Part shown: piece after piece, positions 57,862-64,000 of the stretch
Layout: each line of letters opens with the position of its first letter
Position numbering within the stretch: the stretch's first letter is position 1
Assembly: GCA_965140445.1 (NCBI GenBank)
Contig: OZ223236.1
Location: forward strand, 864,001 to 928,000
Source of the DNA: Candidatus Ozemobacteraceae bacterium
GTDB lineage: Bacteria > Muiribacteriota > Ozemobacteria > Ozemobacterales > Ozemobacteraceae
Length of the DNA stretch: 64,000 bases
Direction of reading: 5' to 3'
Notes under the pieces: model-generated
Databases searched by the model: none
What the model was told of the DNA's origin: nothing
What the model saw: the letters and a program-made list of their open reading frames with translations, nothing else
Translations under genes and position numbers: made by a program

Positions 57862-57987
57862 TAAAAAGAAGTCCTCCAGCCAGCAAAAGTCATGTTTTTT
57901 GAATTATATCATTTTGCAGGATTTTTTAAAGCTCTGGTAATTTCGCATCTTACTGGCAATTTTCAAAAAAGTAACGAAAAGCGCTAA

Positions 57988-58581
57988 TTACAGATCTGGA
58001 GCTTTGTTTTCAAGTCCCAAATCTGACGGGATTATGCTGTATATATGATGATCAACCCAGTTGTCATTTTCATATATAAAGCTCCGTCTTACTCCCTCAT
58101 AAATAAATCCCAATTTTTCTACCAGCGAAATTGATGGCTGATTATCCAAGTTTATCGCAGCCTCAATTCGGTGATAGCTCAGAAGGTTGAATGATAGCAA
58201 TAAGGCTTCTTTTACCGCTGCGCTTGCAAAGCCTCTTCGCCAGAACTGATTATGAATAGTATAGCCAATATTTGCCCACTGATTGTCACCCCGCAGGATA
58301 GTTGCAACATCAATTATACCAACATGCTGACCTGTTTTTGAGCAAAATACTCCCCAAACATAAATTTGATCATTTTGGGCATACGAGCGGTATCGTTTGA
58401 GTCTTATCAGATAGGCTGTTTTGGTTAATTTCTCTGGTGGAAGGGGTTCTGGATCATATTTGTGCTGAGGTGGAAGCTCATTTAGGTAGCCTGCTCTCCA
58501 GTTTTCAAAATCATCCTCCATTAGCGGGCGAAGGGTAACTAATTGGTTTTTTACGCTTAGATTCATTGCATTTATGGTCAT
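57988..58581 (-). CDS. RimJ/RimL family GNAT acetyltransferase
   Basis: ANIGY...FWRRGFA, HRIEA, NQPSISLVEKLGF-EG and WVDH. Confidence 0.88.
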   Translation of the reverse strand: MTINAMNLSVKNQLVTLRPLMEDDFENWRAGYLNELPPQHKYDPEPLPPEKLTKTAYLIRLKRYRSYAQNDQIYVWGVFCSKTGQHVGIIDVATILRGDNQWANIGYTIHNQFWRRGFASAAVKEALLLSFNLLSYHRIEAAINLDNQPSISLVEKLGFIYEGVRRSFIYENDNWVDHHIYSIIPSDLGLENKAPDL

Positions 58582-59174
58582 CTTTTTTTTGCGATAACTG
58601 TGAAAATGTGCCAGTTTTTATTAATTCCGCTGGCTGTTGCTCCCAGCTCATTTCTTTCAGCAAGCGTAATAATTTCAAAATTTTGTAGTAACTCCTCTAC
58701 TTCATCCTTGTAGTGGTAATTGAGTGGATTGTCTGAGTTTTTTGCCCAGGTGTCTTCTGGACCCATGAAATTGCCACAGAAGTAACCTCCCGGCTGTATG
58801 CATGCTTGAATTTTATTCCAGATAATTGGGAACTCGGTTTTATCGGTAAAGAAAAGGCAAAAACTGGCATTTAGTAAATCACAGGGCGGATAATGAAAGT
58901 CGGAAAAATTAGAAGTATAACATCGGAGCTTTTCTCGAAATTCATCAGAGATCCTTTTTTCAAGATATGAGATTGCTGCGGCTTCCTGGTCAAAGGCAAA
59001 CACCTCAAAACCGCTTTTTAGAAGAAGACTGGTATCTCTTCCTGCTCCACATCCACAATCTATGGCTACCTTTGTGTTAGCATTGTTAAGCAACTCAATG
59101 GTTGATACTAAATGCTTGTGAGGTGGCTGGGAAAAAGTTGTTTCATAATATTCTTCCCACTTATTTTCCGTCAT
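58578..59174 (-). CDS. Class I SAM-dependent methyltransferase (TehB-like)
   Basis: AIDCGCGAGRD motif I, PGGYF and WHIFTVIAKK. Confidence 0.85.
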   Translation of the reverse strand: MTENKWEEYYETTFSQPPHKHLVSTIELLNNANTKVAIDCGCGAGRDTSLLLKSGFEVFAFDQEAAAISYLEKRISDEFREKLRCYTSNFSDFHYPPCDLLNASFCLFFTDKTEFPIIWNKIQACIQPGGYFCGNFMGPEDTWAKNSDNPLNYHYKDEVEELLQNFEIITLAERNELGATASGINKNWHIFTVIAKKR

Positions 59175-59181
59175 TTTTTGC

Positions 59182-59757
59182 TTAATCCTTTTTCAGTAAA
59201 TTATCCGCAAGCTTTTCTATTTGTGCAAATAATTCCGGGCGCTTCTTTACTTCACCAGACTCCATTAGCTCGCAGCCTCTAACAATGTGAAACTCTTCAT
59301 ATTCAAAAAGATTTGCTAGTTGAGAGTATTTTTCGGGAATTTCTTTAAAAACTTCTTCACTCGCCCCCTGGGTGAAAATAAAAATCACTTTTTTTCCTTT
59401 TGGCAGCCTGCATTTATCTGGGCCAGTCATAAATTGAGGGGTTAAATGAGAGAAGGTGCGATCGATAAACAGTTTAAACTGTCCAGTAACATCGTAGAAG
59501 TAGTTTGGGGTAGCCATAACGATAATGTCGGACTTATGCATTTCTTCCAGAGTTTCGGTAAGATCATCTTTAATTACGCATTTTTCAGATTTACTTTTAC
59601 ATGCCCCGCAGGCTTTACAACCTTTGTAAGACATTTTTTCAAGGTGAAAGGATTTAACCTTTGCTCCAGCCTTTTCTGCTTTTTCAAGAAAAGCTTTCGC
59701 AAGTAAACTGCTGTTGCCATTTTTTTGTGGACTTCCAAGGACCGCCATTACTCTCAT
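59182..59757 (-). CDS. Iron-sulfur flavoprotein / flavodoxin family protein
   Basis: GSPQKNGNS, CKACGAC..C..DD, ATPNY and KLFIDR. Confidence 0.88.
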   Translation of the reverse strand: MRVMAVLGSPQKNGNSSLLAKAFLEKAEKAGAKVKSFHLEKMSYKGCKACGACKSKSEKCVIKDDLTETLEEMHKSDIIVMATPNYFYDVTGQFKLFIDRTFSHLTPQFMTGPDKCRLPKGKKVIFIFTQGASEEVFKEIPEKYSQLANLFEYEEFHIVRGCELMESGEVKKRPELFAQIEKLADNLLKKD

Positions 59758-59820
59758 TTTTATTCTCCCAACAATCTGGATAAAATTTGGTCACCGATTG
59801 GTGACTTGTTTCTTGATAAA

Positions 59821-60384
59821 CTACAGGGAATCATTTTTTCTTAGGGTATTTATGCTTAATACGATAAAGATAGCCAGAAAAACCCAGGAAATTGTAAATG
59901 GTCCCATTCGCTCTAAAATTTCTGGTTTTACGTAGCCAGATAAGTAGATTCGGTGGTAAATAACAGCGTTCAATCCTAAAATAGAAAGAAAAAGAATGCG
60001 CAAAGAATTTATTTCATTAAACAACCATTTTAAAATTGAAACTGCGATGTATAGGCCTACTGCGGTAATGGTCTGAAAGATAAATGACATAATTGCTAAC
60101 CCTAGATGAGGGAAGATGCCTCCCATATCAAACTCCAGACCGTTACCATTTACAATCAGATAGGGTGACATTCCCAGGAAAATGTAAGGACTGTGCAAGG
60201 TTAGTAGAATTGCAAGAAATGTATAGGAAAATAATCCAAAGCCCCAGTTTCTGGTTTTTTTCTTTTTCCCCAGAGCCTTTTTTATGGACATTTTTTGTTC
60301 TTCAGTAAGAGGAACTTCTGTTTTTTCTTCGACCTGCTCTTCATAAAGAGTCATTTGGTTCATTTCCTTTTCTATTGTGATCAA
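59821..60384 (-). CDS. Hypothetical 4-TM membrane protein
   Basis: Four hydrophobic segments, co-oriented with its neighbours. Confidence 0.6.
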   Translation of the reverse strand: MITIEKEMNQMTLYEEQVEEKTEVPLTEEQKMSIKKALGKKKKTRNWGFGLFSYTFLAILLTLHSPYIFLGMSPYLIVNGNGLEFDMGGIFPHLGLAIMSFIFQTITAVGLYIAVSILKWLFNEINSLRILFLSILGLNAVIYHRIYLSGYVKPEILERMGPFTISWVFLAIFIVLSINTLRKNDSL

Positions 60385-60403
60385 ATGGGTTGAATATTAA
60401 AAA

Positions 60404-60913
60404 TTATGATGATTCGCCAAGATTTTCCTCAAGAGTTTTTCTAAGCTTCTCAAGCGGGAAACCTTCTTTTTCAATGTGGCAAGGAATTATGTAATAAAGG
60501 CGTGGGGCAAGATATGCTATTAGAAGCTGCTCAGATTCCTTCCAATAAATTAAAGAATCCCATTTTACAAGGGCTTGAGCGTTTTCTGTTTTGAAAAATA
60601 ACCCATTTTCCTGAAAAGTTAAACTCACGGGTTCTTGAATAGCTTTATAGCTTCTATATTGGGATCTGGCGATGAATGGAACCAGAAAAAGTCTTAATGG
60701 TATTAGAGCTATAAGACCTCCTACAAAACCGCCTTGCGCTATGCCTCGGAGAGATATGTCATTGGTGTAAAAGCTGGCAAGCCCCAGAAGAGTAAAAACA
60801 ACTATAAAAAAAAGTTTCATTTTAGAAGAAAGTCGTGCATGTAGCTTGGAGGCAGCAACATATTCTATTTGAGAAATTTGAAATTCAACGCTTTTAGCTT
60901 CATTTGTCTGCAA
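60404..60913 (-). CDS. YcxB-like membrane protein
   Basis: Two TMs followed by VKWDSL..WKES...YYIIP. Confidence 0.7.
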   Translation of the reverse strand: MQTNEAKSVEFQISQIEYVAASKLHARLSSKMKLFFIVVFTLLGLASFYTNDISLRGIAQGGFVGGLIALIPLRLFLVPFIARSQYRSYKAIQEPVSLTFQENGLFFKTENAQALVKWDSLIYWKESEQLLIAYLAPRLYYIIPCHIEKEGFPLEKLRKTLEENLGESS

Positions 60914-61252
60914 ATCAATTCTCCAGAAGAGTTAATGAATAATGTTGTGCTATTTTTTACAATTATACAGGATTCAAAAATGACTCTGGAAAACTTTTTT
61001 AGTTATTTTTGTCTAAAAAAATCGTATTTTCCGCTGAAGAGAAAAGTTAGGGTTACAAAATTACTTTTTTTGGTTAATATAGATGGCATAATGGTTTTAG
61101 GTAACAACTTCATTAAATGGTTAAGTAGAATACAAGTTTCTAAAGGGCTTTGGGTTCTGCTTCTGCAATAGGAATTCCATTTCCCGGAGTTGAAATAGTC
61201 ATGGAAATTGATACATTCTAAATGAATAGCAGTTTTTGAAGAAGGCAAGTAG

Positions 61253-61513
61253 TTGAAGAAAAAATACGAAAAACCTAAATTAAGCAGTTTGAATATCCCA
61301 ATTGTTAAAGCTCAGGGCTTTGAGGTTTTGGGAGTTTGCTCTAATGGCAATCTTGTGGGAGATGGCTCAGGAACTTGCATCGCAGGAGAGTTGCCTAATT
61401 CTTATTTGGGAAACTGTAGTCCTGGTAGTGGTGATGCGGTAGCTGGCTCAAATTGCATTGGTGGAGGATTCGCCGGAACTGGTTGTTCTAGCGGAACTAG
61501 TGGCGCTGAATAG
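61253..61513 (+). CDS. Candidate RiPP precursor peptide with five CxxG motifs
   Basis: Leader KKKYEKPKL (YxxPxL) and a Gly/Ser-rich core with Cys at 29, 42, 55, 68 and 78, each in CxxG. Confidence 0.7.
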   Translation: MKKKYEKPKLSSLNIPIVKAQGFEVLGVCSNGNLVGDGSGTCIAGELPNSYLGNCSPGSGDAVAGSNCIGGGFAGTGCSSGTSGAE

Positions 61514-62414
61514 ACTAGATGAAAAAGCTTATAAGAAAGCAATTCAAAAAGAAAAGAATTATAGTTTTGTAATTGCTGGTTGGAATATAGCTGTAAATAA
61601 TTTTGGACCGGGCTTTCTTTTTGATAGGCAACTTACAACAAATTTTAAAGCGAAAGAAAGTTTTTCTAATCCAGATTGTTACTTATCTTTTTTTCAAACA
61701 AGTAAAAGTTTGCCAAATTTTGTTTGTTCTCCAATGGCTTTTGAAAAAAAAACTCAATTAATGAAATCTGCAGTGGTTGATTCGTTTGATGTTTCTAATG
61801 AATTAGACAATGATTGTTTCATTTCATATTCACTAAGTGCCCATGCTTTTTCGGCTAAAAACTCGGAGCTAAGAGTATTTTCCTATAAAACCGGAAACCC
61901 CTATCTTAAACTGTCAGTTCCCTTTATGGCCTTATTAGCTAATTATTCAGCATTGAATGATGGACTTTTGCTACATGGGGCAGGGGGGGAATTTAACGGC
62001 AAAGCTTTTGCAATTCTTGGTGTTCCAGATGCAGGAAAAAGCACTGCCATACAGTTAATTGAGCCGCAAAAATTGTTTTCAGATGATGTTCTCATTATGA
62101 GGGTTCAAGAGGGAAAAGCTATTTTGCATTCAACTCCTCTGGGAACCTTTTCAGATGGGGCCGGTTCAGCGCCATTAAAAGCGGTCTTTTATCCTGTGAA
62201 AAGCGATCATTTTGAGTTAAAAGAGCTTTCAAAGTTTGAAGCAATTCAGCGATTTTATCCAGCTCAGTCTGGATATTGGGACAAAGTTTTTAAACCAATT
62301 AGAAATGCTCAGTTTGAAAAAGTGTCCAGGCTATTTTCTTCTGTCAGAGCTTTTAAATTGCACTTTCAGAAAGACCGGATTGATGCTGAGCAGATAAAAG
62401 CCTGTTTGGACTGA
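61500..62414 (+). CDS. HPr-kinase-like P-loop protein
   Basis: LLHGAG...ILGVPDAGKST...FSDD...STP. The start is uncertain (GTG 61500 or 61458) and overlaps the end of the peptide gene. Confidence 0.75.
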   Translation: MALNRLDEKAYKKAIQKEKNYSFVIAGWNIAVNNFGPGFLFDRQLTTNFKAKESFSNPDCYLSFFQTSKSLPNFVCSPMAFEKKTQLMKSAVVDSFDVSNELDNDCFISYSLSAHAFSAKNSELRVFSYKTGNPYLKLSVPFMALLANYSALNDGLLLHGAGGEFNGKAFAILGVPDAGKSTAIQLIEPQKLFSDDVLIMRVQEGKAILHSTPLGTFSDGAGSAPLKAVFYPVKSDHFELKELSKFEAIQRFYPAQSGYWDKVFKPIRNAQFEKVSRLFSSVRAFKLHFQKDRIDAEQIKACLD

Positions 62415-62429
62415 TTTCGTTTTTACTGC

Positions 62430-64000
62430 TTACTGGCGAACTACGCGGATTCCGTAGAAGTCATATTTCATTCCAGGATAAAAATACCTGCGGAAACCAA
62501 TGTCAGAAGTAGTTAGTTTGTTAATCCAGCTTCCCCCGCGAACAACTTTATATGTTCCTGTGGTAGCGCCAACTGGGTCAGTTTCATCTCCAGATGAATA
62601 AGGGGCATACCAATCCCAGCACCACTCAGCAACGTTTCCGCTCATGTCATACAGACCAATTTCGTTGGGGAGTTTGGTTCCAACGGGGTGGGTTCCATAA
62701 TCCGCGTCGCTCGGTAATAAACCATCTACTGCATTTTCAAAATACCATGCGTAGTCTTTCAGTTCGTTGCTGCCATCGCTTCCAGCAAATAGCTTGCTTG
62801 TGCTGTCTGATGCTCCCATACAGGCCCATTGCCACTCAGCTTCAGTGGGCAGACGATAGCCGTTTTTGCCTGTTCTGGTTACGGTTGCATTCGTTATTGG
62901 GTAGCCTGTTGCTGGAGTTCTCCCGGTAATAATGTATGCAGGCTCTAACCCTTCTGCGATGCTTAATTTATTACAAAACTCAATTGCATCATACCAGGTA
63001 ACTTTTTCCACTGGTCTATTTGTATTTGTAGTGGCAACATTTGGAGCAACATTCCAACTCGGGTTTGGTGCACCGGTTATTGCCATGTATTGAGCCTGAG
63101 TAACTTCATATTGGCTCATTCGGAAAGAGGAAATAAAGCTTGTTTTGGTTGGATCGCCGTCTTTTTTAAAGGTGCCGCCAGTAACAACCTTTACAGGCCC
63201 AATGTTAGGTGAAACATAGTCTACAGGATTAGAGTCAATTACTGCAGTAACTTCAAAATTCTTACTGGTAGAATCTTCAGCTGTTACAAGATAATTTACA
63301 GGTGTGGTAAAGTTTTGAGGAATAGCAGGGTCTGGCGTAATTGTTGCGGCATCAATTTCAAAGTCCAGAGCTAAAGAAGTCAGGTCTGTTCCTTTTGGCA
63401 TTACAGCATTAACTGTTCCTGCAGAGTTGTCAATGGTTAGTGATACTGGAGGAAGAAAGCTTGAAAAAGTTACTCCGGTAATTTCTTTGGTAGGATTTAG
63501 AGCAATAGTGGTTGTGACAGTGTAAATCTTAGTTGTTCCATTCTCTGCGGTCACAGTGTAGGTAACAGGTCCACTAAAGTCTTGCGCGACACCTGAAGCT
63601 GGTGAGATAGACGCACCAGTGTGAGAGATCGTTGGCGTTAGTGGATTTATGCTGCTTGTTCCGTAAGGGGCAGTTAAAGATATTGTGCCAGCAGTTTCGT
63701 TGATAACACCTGAAATCGCCAGACTACCTATAGTAAAGCTTGTGATTGCTTTCGCAGGGTTTAGTAATGTGGTAACTGTTACAACATAGTTTTGAGTTGA
63801 ACCATCAGCAGCTGTTACCGTATATGTTACTGGACTTGAAAAATTGTTGTTAATGCTTGATGCAGGAGAAACGCTTGCACCTGTATGGACTATTGTTGGA
63901 GCAATGCTGGTTATGTTTGTGCCATAGGGAACAGTAAGAGAAATGGTTTTAGCACTTTCGTTTATTGTTCCAGTAACTACAGGAGATAGGCTATTGAAAT
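62430..64000 (-). CDS. Surface protein with tandem Ig-like (DUF5018-like) repeats and a C-terminal FGE-sulfatase (SUMF1/CLec-fold) domain; 5' end outside the window
   Basis: The frame stays open to the window edge. It has three repeats ending in PV(T/N)Y(T/L)VTAxx, then YEVTQAQY, PVEKVTW, RLPTEAEW, GLYDMSGNVAEW, RGGSW and GIRVVR. Confidence 0.9.
   Translation of the reverse strand, partial: FNSLSPVVTGTINESAKTISLTVPYGTNITSIAPTIVHTGASVSPASSINNNFSSPVTYTVTAADGSTQNYVVTVTTLLNPAKAITSFTIGSLAISGVINETAGTISLTAPYGTSSINPLTPTISHTGASISPASGVAQDFSGPVTYTVTAENGTTKIYTVTTTIALNPTKEITGVTFSSFLPPVSLTIDNSAGTVNAVMPKGTDLTSLALDFEIDAATITPDPAIPQNFTTPVNYLVTAEDSTSKNFEVTAVIDSNPVDYVSPNIGPVKVVTGGTFKKDGDPTKTSFISSFRMSQYEVTQAQYMAITGAPNPSWNVAPNVATTNTNRPVEKVTWYDAIEFCNKLSIAEGLEPAYIITGRTPATGYPITNATVTRTGKNGYRLPTEAEWQWACMGASDSTSKLFAGSDGSNELKDYAWYFENAVDGLLPSDADYGTHPVGTKLPNEIGLYDMSGNVAEWCWDWYAPYSSGDETDPVGATTGTYKVVRGGSWINKLTTSDIGFRRYFYPGMKYDFYGIRVVRQ

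Noticed and set aside
60914..61252. Possible structured RNA or riboswitch upstream of the peptide gene
   Set aside because: Only a short imperfect inverted repeat is present, with no recognisable aptamer. An Infernal/Rfam scan would be needed.
348..62929. Many short antisense or alternate-frame ORFs in the track
   Set aside because: They lie inside well-supported genes and show no motifs, so they are shadow ORFs.

Overview
This is a gene-dense, AT-rich bacterial chromosomal window. The pilin-like proteins with a CxAN(M/Q)RVLxGAxEMYNMDH...CxxHG motif suggest Candidatus Riflebacteria or a relative, which is a tentative inference. I saw no rRNA, tRNA, CRISPR array, integrase or transposase. The left part (0-32 kb) holds a Clp ATPase with only the second AAA+ module, a PBP transpeptidase plus LysM pair, an AI-2E/ABC/mnmA operon, tandem clostripains, a STAS protein and a 2114-aa secreted protein. 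The centre (32.5-49.5 kb) is the main finding. It has three secreted SH3b-cysteine peptidoglycan hydrolases from two catalytic families, two of them followed by paralogous beta-propeller proteins. It also has two convergent minor-pilin trios, where one pilin is fused to a CHAP-like catalytic domain and another to an SH3b domain, and a CHASE2-PP2C/FecR sensor pair. All five transcription units are preceded by the same ECF-sigma-like promoter motif, AAAC-N16-(C/A)GTA. I read this as a candidate co-regulated, pilus-displayed cell-wall-lytic system. The right part holds an RDD/DUF4129/DUF4350/MoxR/DUF58/SpoIIM cluster, small enzymes, a RiPP-like precursor with five CxxG motifs next to an HPr-kinase-like gene, and a partial surface protein with Ig-like repeats and an FGE-sulfatase domain. 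All family assignments come from motif recognition by eye, not database searches.
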